A DNA stretch of 64,000 nt, from positions 1 to 64,000 of the forward strand of contig NW_025766114.1 in the NCBI RefSeq assembly GCF_003918875.1. The letters run 5' to 3'. Source of the stretch: Haliotis rubra. Taxonomy: Eukaryota. A program made the position numbers and the translations under genes. A model generated the notes under the pieces. The model saw only the letters and a list, made by a program, of their open reading frames with translations. It was not told the DNA's origin and searched no databases. Positions 11,574 through 22,662 of the stretch are shown here, piece by piece (position 1 is the stretch's first letter; each line of letters starts with the position of its first letter).

Positions 11574-12761
11574 ATGTTTGACCTCTGCAGATGCGTCCTT
11601 ATAGTTTACCTCTGTCCCTTAGCTTTGGGCTCTGTTTCCTACAAGGAGAAAGATTTCCTGGCCAACCTCACCTCGGACTACGACCCCAAGATCCGCCCGG
11701 TGTTAGATGGTTCCAACACGACAGTGAGTATTAGTATGGGGTTGTACTCAATATATTCTCTGGATGAAAAACAGGAAGTGCTCATCTTTAAAGCATGGGT
11801 CTATATGACGTGGAAGGACCAGCTTCTGGTGTGGAACACGACAGATGGCATTCCCGTTGTTGTAACTATGTCACTGGCGGATGTATGGACACCAACCGTA
11901 CTGAATGTTGATTCTGTGACGAATATGAGGTACCTAAAAGATGAAACAGATACAGTGGTTGTCTTTCAGGATGGTACAGTTATATATTCCTACATAGGTA
12001 GGTTTGATACAGGATGCAAGGTCAATATCCAACAGTTTCCTTTCGATCGCCAGACATGTTATTTTCACTTGGAAACATTTTATCCTCCTGCAAGTAAGGA
12101 ACATCTCAAGGTAGTCAACTCGTATGTAAATCTGGAAACATACAAAGAAAACGGAGAATTTCACCTTCTCAGTGCATCAATGACACAGGAGAAATTCACT
12201 CTTCTCAATGTAACTCTTGAATGGATAGAAGTGACCCTTGTCCTGCAAAGACGAACCACCTTCTACATCCTCAACAACATCCTACCCATCGTGTTCCTTT
12301 CCTTTCTTAACATCTTTGTCTTCCTGTTGCCCGAGGAGAGTGGTGAGAAGGTGTCCCTGTGTGTCTCCATCCTATTGTCATATGCCATGTTTCTCAATCT
12401 CATCAACTCCTACCTACCAGCGAACTCCGACCACCTGTGTTTCTTCAGTGTCTACGTCACCCTGCTTGTGTTGATCAGCACACTCACATGTCTCGTCACG
12501 ATCTTCATGCAGTTACTTCACACAAATCTCCAAAGGGAAAATGTCAGTCCAAGATGGCTGCCAATCGCATGGAGATCAGCCAGCAAAGTTGGAATAACCA
12601 AACTACAAGTTAAGACTGATGATGTCTCTCCAAACAAATCGAACGTGAAAGACAATAAGAAAGATGCACTACTCGCCAAGTGCAACAGAGTGGCATTTGG
12701 AACGTTCTTCATCATCACAGCTCTCACTAACCTTATGTTTTTCATTAGCGTATCCCTATGA
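11574..12761 (+). CDS. R1: intronless divergent Cys-loop ligand-gated ion channel subunit (nAChR-like, non-alpha), subtype A, ~395 aa
   Basis: ATG at 11574 begins a signal peptide. Contains YDPKIRPV, LDEK, WKD..L.W, Cys-loop CKVNIQQFPFDRQTC (C-x13-C), pre-M1 RR, four TM helices, and M2 GEKVSLCVSILLSYAMFL. No loop C vicinal cysteines. Confidence 0.95.
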   Translation: MFDLCRCVLIVYLCPLALGSVSYKEKDFLANLTSDYDPKIRPVLDGSNTTVSISMGLYSIYSLDEKQEVLIFKAWVYMTWKDQLLVWNTTDGIPVVVTMSLADVWTPTVLNVDSVTNMRYLKDETDTVVVFQDGTVIYSYIGRFDTGCKVNIQQFPFDRQTCYFHLETFYPPASKEHLKVVNSYVNLETYKENGEFHLLSASMTQEKFTLLNVTLEWIEVTLVLQRRTTFYILNNILPIVFLSFLNIFVFLLPEESGEKVSLCVSILLSYAMFLNLINSYLPANSDHLCFFSVYVTLLVLISTLTCLVTIFMQLLHTNLQRENVSPRWLPIAWRSASKVGITKLQVKTDDVSPNKSNVKDNKKDALLAKCNRVAFGTFFIITALTNLMFFISVSL

Positions 12762-13213
12762 CGGTATTACGCATTACTGCCACTGCTTGTTTCACCTGGA
12801 ATACATGTTTTTGGTCAGTAGATTTGTTTAGTGACATTTTCTATGTGTTTTCACGCACCATTGACAATTATGATGTGTGATGCAATTCTCTACCTGTCAC
12901 TCACAGCACGTTCCCATGCTTTGTTGGATGAACAATTAACTTCAGAATTGAAAGGGATTTGTTATTATCTTTCCTTGCCTCACTTTAGTGAAATTTCATA
13001 TATTTTTTGTGAACTACTTTTTGTTATCGCCAGTGCATTGTCCCATTTTATGACCTATCATTTGTAACATTTAACGTATGTATCTTGACCTGACGACTGC
13101 AGTGATATCGTTTGTAACACCTGATTAGCAATTAGCAGTCCACTGTTTATCAACCTTGTCAATTGTATTTACTCACTATGCAACTATGTATATATTTCCT
13201 TGTTACAACTCTT

Positions 13214-13567
13214 GGACCGCCTCCGTGGTGTAGTGGTTAGAGCGTCCGCCCGGAGAGCGGAAGGTTGCGGGTTCTATCCCCGACCGCGTCATACCAAAGA
13301 CGTTAAAATACGGTACTTGTTGGTCCCTGCCTGGCGCTCGGCATTAATGGGTACAACAAGGACTGGTCGGCTCGGAGTCAGTATAATGTGTCTGAGTGGG
13401 GTATTCATTCTTCACTGCGGCGTGGTATCCCAGTTGGCTAGCACTTTAAAACCAGCTTAAGTCTGAGCTAGTACAAGCAGCCGCAGACACACATACACAC
13501 GCATGCACGTCGTCATATGAGCGAAATATTCTCAAGCACGACGTTAAACCTAATTTCACCTCACCTC
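13214..13567 (+). mobile_element. Full-length tRNA-derived SINE with a core resembling the MetaSINE/MESC domain
   Basis: A/B boxes (tggtgtagtggtta; gggttctatccc), core ataccaaagacgttaaaa...cctgcctggcgctcggcattaa, a cacct-repeat tail, and imperfect TSD tgttac(a/t)actctt. The superfamily call is from memory. Confidence 0.75.
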
Positions 13568-13731
13568 TTCTGTTACTACTCTTAGTATCACTTGCTGTAT
13601 AACGGTGATAGTACCTACACCGAAACGTCGCACTCGCTGCAATAAAGAAGTTGACTATCCATAGAACTTGGTTTTCCTTCACCTATACAACTTCTAAAAA
13701 TGCCTCTCAAAGAAGTTCACCATCTCTCTAG

Positions 13732-13732
<1 letters not shown>

Positions 13733-13796
<64 letters not shown>
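13733..13796. repeat. (CT)n microsatellite
   Basis: About 30 CT units. Confidence 0.98.
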
Positions 13797-13798
<2 letters not shown>

Positions 13799-16470
13799 AC
13801 ATGATTGCTGCTGCTGATAACGCGGCACTCAACCAATCTGCGACACCACTTCTCATCCCCGACACAGACTATAAATCAGTCATGAGAAGTTACATCCATG
13901 ATCTAAAGAAATGGGACACCCAAGTGGTGTAAATAAGTAAATTAAAATTAAACCAACTGTTGATTACACCTAATTGGACTGTCAATCCAGATTTGAAGAG
14001 TTCATTATACGACGATGTCACTGACAACTATAGCATAGTATGGTTCAGTTATACAGCATCTGATCTGAATGGTGTATTCACACCAGATGCCTGTTCTCAA
14101 CGGAAGCATTGTGTCATTAGTTTCACCTGCAGCCAACTCTTATGCAAGAGAAGTCCATATTTGGTGCCAGCTGGTAAGGTTTAGGCTGAAAATTAGTGTT
14201 AAATCTAATCAACTCACTTACTATGTATGATGCCTCTTAATATAGTTATTGTCTAAATGGTATAACCAATGATCACAATACAGCGATAGGATACTACCAT
14301 CAGTTTATCAAACAGATAACATTATGAAATGAAAGAAAGGAAAGGATTTGAACAAATAATTATTTATTTGTATCACAGTATATTCCAACTCAAGTTACGT
14401 CCGTAATGTTTACAATCGCCATACTGGATTTTCTGTGGCAATTTTCTTTTAACAAACAGCGTCGGGTTCCAGGGTTTACTCACAGTTGAATTCTATTTTT
14501 CGAATTTCGAGAGATGTTTGTGGTAATACTATCTCTGCTGTCTAAGTACCTAAGTAAGTAATTGTTAGAAAAACTATGTTGCCATAAGGATGACTTGTAA
14601 CTGTCGTTTATTCATGTGTGATTCATTCCGACTGAGTATTCCAAGATCGAAATGATTTCAATTCAGTTACAGTTATAACACGCCCCTTGTTTGGCCGTAA
14701 AATACGATAGTTCACAGTCGGGGGTGACAGTGGAGGTGAGGTTGGGGAGTTTTTGGCGGAGGCATATGAGGGGTTTCCTACCTGTTATGTGTACATTCTA
14801 ATGTGGTCCTCAGAGTTACCGTTTCTGAGAATCACCAAGAACAGACACATTTGAAGAATGACGACCTACACATATTGCAAACTTACAAATAAAGTATGAA
14901 ATCACCTTGTGTATTCAAATCTAGAATGTCCTAAAATGTTCACAAATACAGATTCAATCGTTATATCAAATATTTTAAACAGAAGTGATCGCTGAATATT
15001 CTGAAACTTGTACACCAACTGTTCAACATGAACAAACGCTTTTAAGCTTATATAACATTTAATACTTTACCATGGAAGCCTTTCTTCAATATGGCAGAAT
15101 AAAAACAGTGTTTTAGTCTGTTGGGTTTTCCGTTATCTAAATATAACCGATAATACTTATAGTATAAACAGTGTTGTATACATAATTTATCAACCGTTCT
15201 TCTCATACAACTTGAGCCTTATACTTCATCAAAATCACTTGACTACGAAACCAGTGAATACAACTCATGATATTGGTATAGAATCATGCAAATAACAATA
15301 TAACATGCCGTCTCTTTCTCTCCTTCGGAATATCATGTTTGTCATTGTCCGATTACACATCGTTAGTAGAAGTAATTTCAATGTAGACAATGCCAAAATT
15401 CATTACTTCTTTAGGAGAAGTAGTTTCGTAAGCGTTAAATGTCCAGTAATTCTCAACAACAATGCCAACCTTCAAGAATTCAGTGATGGTGTGACATAGC
15501 ACACTAAGGTCAATATTCAAAGCTTCTTCAAATATTTTCCAAACATCAATTAGGACCAGCCGGGAAGGGTCTTCTTAGTCAGGTTTTACACAGTCTGTTC
15601 GAAACATCAACATTGTCATGGCAATTAGTGTTAACGATGCAACATCAAATTGAGAGAGCTACTCAGATGACCATGGATCACAGAAATACAACTAATGATC
15701 AAACGGGCATTGCTTTGCTCGTTGCTGTTGGAGACTAATAATATATTTAAAACGCTTTGAATCATTCCTAAGACTGAATCTCCTTTGCGCTGAGACTGTG
15801 CTACGTTATTTCCTGTGCTCTGCACTGAGACTGTGCTACGTTGTTTCGTGTGCTCTGCACTGAGGCTGTGCTTGTTTGGATATGTATGCCATGCATAGAA
15901 GTATCTTCATCCTTCCTTTATAGCTTCATCAAATATTTTCCAAACATCAATTAGAACCAGCCGGGAAGGTTCTTCTTTGTCATGTTTTACACAGTCTGTT
16001 CTAAAACATCTCTTTCTCTCCTTCAGGATATCATATGTTTTTCATATCTCCGATTATAATTCATTAGTGGAAGTAGTTTCAATGTAGACAGTGCCAAAAT
16101 TCATTACTTCTTTAGGAAATCTCAATAAGGTATGATACTCATGTCAATATTCATAGTTTGTTCCATACACCAATTAGGACAAGCCTGGAAGCTTCTTATC
16201 ATTTGTGTCTTACCCATGCAATCTCCAAACATCGGCATTGTAATGTCAATTAACGCTAATGACGCAACATCATATTGATAGAGCTATTCAGTTGTTCATA
16301 TTGTACAGAAATTCAGATAATGACCAAACGGGTCTTGCTTTGCCCCGTTGCTCCTGGATACCAATATAATACCTATATAATGCCTTGAATCATTTCTAAA
16401 ACTGAATCTCCTTAGCACTGAGGCCGCTGTGTGTTTTCTCCAACATTAATCACGTGAATATTGTTTGGAC

Positions 16471-17673
16471 ATGTTTGCCATACACAGATGTGTCTCCATG
16501 TTACTTCTCTGTCACGTCACTCTGGGCTCTGTTTCCTACAAGGAGAAAGATTTCCTTGCGAACCTAACCTGGAACTATGACCCCAAGATCCGCCCGGTGT
16601 TAGATGGCTCCAACACCACAGTGAGTATCGGTATGATATTGCACTCAATTATATCTCTGGATGAAAAACAAGAAGTGCTCAGCTTTAAAGCATGTGTTGT
16701 AATGACATGGAAGGACCAGCTTTTGGTGTGGAACTCGACAAGTGACATTCCCACTGCAGTTACTATGCCCCTATCGGACATGTGGTCGCCAACCATACTG
16801 AATGTTGATTCTGTGACAAACTTGAAGTACCTAAAAGATGACAGGGATACCGTGCTCGTCCATCAGGATGGCACAGTTGTGTATACTTTCACAAGTAGGT
16901 TTGACACAGAATGCAAAGTAAATATCCACCAATTTCCTTTCGATCGCCAGACATGTAATTTTCACTTGGAAACATTTTATGCCCGTGTTAGTAAGGAATT
17001 TCTTAAGGTAATCGACTCGTATGTAAATCTGGAAACATATCAGGAAAACGGAGAATTTATCCTTCTCAGTGCATTAATGGCATTGACAAAATTCCAGATA
17101 AATGACTTCAATGGCAACTGGATAGAAGTGACCCTTGTCCTGCAAAGACGAACCACCATCTACATCCTCAACAACATCCTGCCCGTCGTGTTCCTGTCCT
17201 TTCTGAACGTCTTCGTTTTCTTAATGCCCGAGGAGAGCGATGAGAAGGTGTCTCTGTGTGTCTCCATCCTGTTGTCATATGCCATGTTCCTGACCCTCAT
17301 CAACTCCTACCTACCAGCGAACTCCGACCACCTGTGTTTCTTCAGTGTATACGTCACCCTGCTTGTGTTGATCAGCACATTCATATGTCTCGTCACAATC
17401 TTCATGTTGGTACTTCACACAAACCTTCAAAGGGGTAAAGTTAGTCCAAGATGGGTGCTTGTTGCTTGGGGAGAAGACAGCAAAGTTAGAACACCTGAAC
17501 CACGGGTTAGAACTGATGACGTCTCTTCCAACCAATCCGATGTAAAAGACACAGCAAACAAATCTGACATGAAGGATGCAATAGTCACCAAGTGCAACAG
17601 AGTGGCATTTGGAACGTTCTTCACACTCACAGTACTCATTAATCTTATATTTTTCATTTCCGTATGCCAATGA
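16471..17673 (+). CDS. R2: intronless divergent Cys-loop receptor subunit, subtype B, ~400 aa
   Basis: Signal peptide MFAIHRCVSMLLLCHVTLG, Cys-loop CKVNIHQFPFDRQTC, four TM helices. Loop D Trp is replaced by Cys; the M1-M2 linker reads PEESDEK. Confidence 0.95.
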   Translation: MFAIHRCVSMLLLCHVTLGSVSYKEKDFLANLTWNYDPKIRPVLDGSNTTVSIGMILHSIISLDEKQEVLSFKACVVMTWKDQLLVWNSTSDIPTAVTMPLSDMWSPTILNVDSVTNLKYLKDDRDTVLVHQDGTVVYTFTSRFDTECKVNIHQFPFDRQTCNFHLETFYARVSKEFLKVIDSYVNLETYQENGEFILLSALMALTKFQINDFNGNWIEVTLVLQRRTTIYILNNILPVVFLSFLNVFVFLMPEESDEKVSLCVSILLSYAMFLTLINSYLPANSDHLCFFSVYVTLLVLISTFICLVTIFMLVLHTNLQRGKVSPRWVLVAWGEDSKVRTPEPRVRTDDVSSNQSDVKDTANKSDMKDAIVTKCNRVAFGTFFTLTVLINLIFFISVCQ

Positions 17674-18088
17674 AGGACGACTGTCAGTGACGGACTGCCA
17701 TTGCTTATTTCACATACAGACAGAGCCAAACGAAGATGAATGCTTGATACATCAGTAGATATGCTTTTGATAAACATCATTCACTTACACGAATGAATAT
17801 GACGTGTGGGCCAAGAGTACTATCTTTTTACATCCATTACTTATGTGACTTATTGACAATCGAAGAAGAATACATTGGATTAGCCAGTAGGTATATATGT
17901 GTCATGTCTTGTGTGTGCTTTGAAACTTTGCTGTCATTGGGGAGTTTGTGAATTGTGTGTGTCAAACTTATGTTATGAGGATGTCTTTTTGTTAATTGTA
18001 AGTTCACATTAATTAACTTTTAACTATTATGGGTCACAAAAGTTTAAAGCGCTGAAGTGTGAATTTGAACTCACACCTTCTATTGAAC

Positions 18089-18122
18089 CAGAGACCATAT
18101 AATAGATAGTATATGGTCTCTG
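18089..18122. mobile_element. 34-bp hairpin micro-insertion with 7-bp TSD (copy at 25043..25076)
   Basis: attgaac-cagagaccatata atagatag tatatggtctctg-attgaac: a 13-bp perfect inverted repeat flanked by a direct repeat. Confidence 0.7.
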
Positions 18123-19297
18123 ATTGAACTTAGGCTATGTGTTTTCACTTACTCTATGTGTTAAGAGTAGGTACCTCCCTTTGATTTTTGCTTCCGGTGT
18201 CTTCGGTGGGATTCAGGAAATTCTGAGAAGATGGTGGTGTGGCATAGCTTTGGTCAGAACACTCTATAACTGTGTAATAGGTATCTAAGGGGTGGTTGCT
18301 GAGGTGTATGGAGGACGCCTTTGGATTTACACTCATCTGTCTAACGTTTCAAGACCGACTCCTCAAGAGGCCTCGTCAACAGTGAACTTTCAACAGCTGT
18401 CAACAAACTTCAATCAGTATCTCTACAAGGATCAAGACTTTGGTGACTATAGATTTTTAGTTAATATTTTAGATTTGTGACCCAATCGTATTGTATTAGA
18501 AATCTGTACTGCCATTCATTGTAACCTTGTTTATTTTTTATTCAATATATAGTTGAATATTATATGATGTGTGTTTTATTTTGCTGCTTTAAAGGGGACT
18601 CACAAGCCTTTAATCACAGTAATTACCAAAGAATCATACATTTAATTAGTCATTGGGGTGTGTGTGAATGTTGTGTGTCCATATGATGGAATAAATTTAG
18701 TGTTAACGATTGCTATTGCATGCTATTGCAGTACAATTTCCTATTGTACTGTACAATAATCTCCTCACACATCTGTCTCTCTATCCTTCTTAACAGTGTA
18801 AGAACCTAAAGTGAAACGTCGCTCTCACTGCAATAAAGAATTTGTTCATCCATATATTGTTATCCTTCCTTACTGCTCCCACTTCTAAATGCTTCTCAAA
18901 ATCGTTATGTTTTTGCCACCGTTAGTAATATTTCAGCAATGGGCTTCACACATTGTACCCATGTGGGGAATCGAACCCGGGCCTTCGACGTGACGAGCGA
19001 ACGCTTTAACCAGAAGGCTACCCTCACCGCCCCCTATAATTTTGAGATATATGATCTGAGACTTTGGACTGACAGGCGGACGGGCAGGCATACATTACTC
19101 TAACCACTAATATTATATACCTGTGAAATGGGGAGAAAGGGGTATCCCGACAGTAAGCCAGAAGCGCGAAAAGGCAAAAACAAAAGATAAAAAATACCCT
19201 ACATCTGACATATATCATGTTATACAGTAAACAGGAAGTTGCCATCCATATGTTCATCTGATATATTCACCAACTTCTAAATGCCTCTCAAGAATTA

Positions 19298-20841
19298 CAC
19301 TGGCCCAAAAAAGAAACGCATAGGTGAAATCCAGTGTTATCAGTGATGCTTTAGTAACTTAAATTACACAAAAAGTAATAATCATAGAGCAATAAAAATC
19401 CACACAGGTATTGGGACATGTGTATCCAAAAACATACAGTCATTCACAGTGGTATTGAGAGTCTCTGTTTTTGATGGCACGGTCACAAAGTCAGTATCTG
19501 GTGTGACCACCACGAGCCTCAATCACTGCTCTGCATCGCTTGGGCATAGACTGTATAAGACGTCGGATCCGCCGTTGTGGGAGTCTTCTCCACTCATCCT
19601 GCAACGCATCGACAAGCTGTTGATGTGTCTGTGGTTGCGGCTGTCGGCGTCGTACACGTTGATCCAATTGGTCCCACAAATGTTCAATTGGGTTAAGATC
19701 CGGAGATTTTGAAGGCCATGGAAGAACTGTTATGTTGTTGATGGCAAGGAAATCTGTTGTAATGCGTGCTGTATGCGGTCTTGCGTTGTCATGCTGAAAA
19801 ATTTCTCTTCTAGCGTCAATTACGGGAATAACATGACGTACCAGGATTTCATCACGATAGCGCACAGCATTCAAATTCCCTTGGACATGCACCAGCTCTG
19901 TTCTGTCATTCACAGATATGCCTGCCCACATCATTACACCTTCGGCGCCGTGTCTGTCGACCTGACGAACACACTGTCGAGCATATCTTTCATTTCGACG
20001 TCTGTAAATCCGCATCCTGCCATCGTGTCAATACAGCATAAACCGCGACTCGTCGCTGAACCTGATCCTCCTCCAGTTCAAGAGGGTCCATGGCCGAGCG
20101 TTCCTGCTCCATTGAAGACGTGCACGACGATGGTGGTGTCGCAGAACAGGTCCTGTATGTGGTCGCATTGGTCGGATTCCATGCTCTCTTAGGCGATTCC
20201 TGATGGTTTGTGCAGAGACTCGACGCAGCCCAGGAACATTGTCGGCGGTGTACGCTGCAGTGACGATCCGATTTCGCAGATGAAACACCAGGATGAAGCG
20301 GTCTTGCGCTGGGGGTGGCACCCTTGGTCTCCCACTCCTAGGACGATCTCTGGTCGAGTTGTGCTGCGTGTAACGCTGCCAGAGACGGGAAATCGTACTC
20401 TACCTCACGTTTAGATGTCTGGCAACTGATGACTGGCTTTCTCCAGCTTCCAAGTGTCCAATGGCTCTGTTTCTGCTTTCTTCGTTTAGTCGTGGCATCT
20501 TGAGGGTCGCATATACAGAATTTCGAAGAATGAATCGCAACAGGACTGCTGGCTTTTTATACCCATCAGTATCAAGATTCAGATCCCGTATTTGCACGTG
20601 CATCATGCTTTCAGATTTTACGGGGATTTTTTCATCATACTTTGCAGAGTATACGGGGATTTTTTCAAGGTGCTGTGTTTTGGCGAATAATCACCAAAGG
20701 TTGTTTTTGCGTGTGTTGGATAATTGTATGGGCTATATTCACACTTAATATAAACATTGACAGTCATTCCATGCCATATTTTTCGAAACAATCTACTTTG
20801 AAGATCAGAATTCAGCTATGCGTTTCTTTTTTGGGCCAGTG
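19298..20841 (-). mobile_element. Tc1/mariner transposon, full length (1544 bp), transposase disrupted
   Basis: Perfect 26-bp TIRs cactggcccaaaaaagaaacgcatag with TA on both sides. Transposase starts at ATG 20498 (MPRLNEESRNRAIG) and includes FSDESRF, FQHDNA, SPDLNPIEHLW and GGHTRY, with internal stops. Confidence 0.96.
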
Positions 20842-22662
20842 TACATCTGACATGTGTTGATAAAACACGCCCATAAGCAACTTTTTTACCAAATACTCCA
20901 GTATGTGTCGACATGTGGCTGAACCATAGGACAGGTGCAGAAAAACGAATTCACTAAATGGTATAGTTTTACGTCACTTTCAGCAATACTCAAGCGTATG
21001 ATACCAGAAATGGGATTCACACTGTTATCTTTTTAGAAATTTGATGCGGGTCTTCAGCGTGACGAGGGAAGCTTCAACCCTCGGCTATCCCCGAGTGCTG
21101 CTGCCTAGTGCAATCGTGATGTATCTTAAGCAGATTCACACTCTCTCACCAGCTGGGGTACATAACATTTATATCTAACTGTGAAATAAATATGATTATT
21201 TACTGTTATATGTCCACCTGTGGGGGTTTGTAAGTCCCAAAATATTCAAAGTAAATTAAGCTTACCGAATATGTTAAAGCGCAGCATTTTTTGTGATTTT
21301 AAGTTATGGCTAAATTTACCTAAAATCACCAGTGGCTGAAAGGATGGAGTAAATCCGGCTATGGTCCATGCAGGTAGCAAAAGTACTGTAAGTCCCCATG
21401 GTCCCTAGCATGGTGATCTACCTTTAGTTGTTGGAGATCTCGAGTCCGTTTTTGTATTGCATTGTCTGTACTATTTGTATAATTTTAAGAGTTACTTGCT
21501 TGTTTTAATTCTGTGATGATCTACTTATTTTACTCTTATTTCTTTTATAATTTAATTGCGCTTTGTGAATTTTTAAGTCTCAATATGCTTGAAATTACGC
21601 CAATGTGACTATACATTATAACTTATTCACTCGTTTATTGTTATGTAATACAATGTAGCTCCTGAAATTTAGTTTTTATAAACCTGAACACTTTTCACTA
21701 AAATAATTGTAAAACACTACCACTAACACATCACCTTTATATATTGTTTTAAACATTTGATACTTATATGTTTTACAAAACAATGTAATAAGCATGTTGT
21801 ACTTAACGCCACTTTTAGCAGTATTCCAGTTACACCACGGTGTATCAGCTGAAAATAGAGGGAAAAAATCAGGTCTCAGATGTGTCCTTTTTCCGTCAAA
21901 CCAACAAGCACCAGTGTGCTACGTATCACATACCAAGAAGCATACACGCGACGAAGCGAGATTCTAACCCCAATCACAGATTAATGGTTTGCCCAAGGAT
22001 CGCAACTCTACAAAGGGAATAGTAATTAACAAGTAATTGTCATCGGCACTTGTGTTAACAAAGCTAAATAAATATATAATCCCATCATCCACTGACAACA
22101 AAAAGCAATGCTTTACTGTCAGTGCATTTAAACCTTTGTACCTGATGCCGAATCATCGTGCTACACAATCAGTGATTAAAACTCTGTGATACTGATACTG
22201 ATCCACTTGAGGTACGTCATCATTTTTGGATACGGCCCATTAGACATGGTTACTGGAAATTGATTTGTGAAGCCTAAAATCTCATGAGTACCCATCGCCA
22301 TTGCTAACATTCATCAGCACTATAGTGAATGGCAAACATACCCGCAAGTTATTATTCATTGTGAGATATGATTCACACAACCCCAGGGACATTTCACGGT
22401 ATGCTCCTATTCATTTCTAACATATACATTGTACAAGAACAAAACATCGATTTCCAACCATTAGGCCTAATGTAGAGTGCGACATCGAATTGACAAAGCT
22501 GTTCAGTTGCCGATAGCGATAGCACCTCCGATGTTTAAATGGTTTCTCTTAGACAGGAGCAGTTTTACCATGCCATGAATCATTTCAAATATTAAGTCTC
22601 CACGTGTGGCTGGTTCACTGTGATTGTGTTATATATCCTTCACTCTGACAACGTTTTTGGAA

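Larger units (their letters stand above)
7148..17300 (+). repeat. Segmental duplication, copy 1 (contains R1 and most of R2)
   Basis: Colinear, high-identity match to ~27881..40100, for example ORFs 8896/33273, 11505/35899, 15305/38478 and 16465/39242. Confidence 0.92.

Noticed and set aside
12359-12613. Recurrent alternative-frame ORF MCLHP(I/V)V.CHV and antisense ORFs in each receptor
   Set aside because: These are shadows of the conserved M2-M3 DNA, with GTG starts and variable stops.
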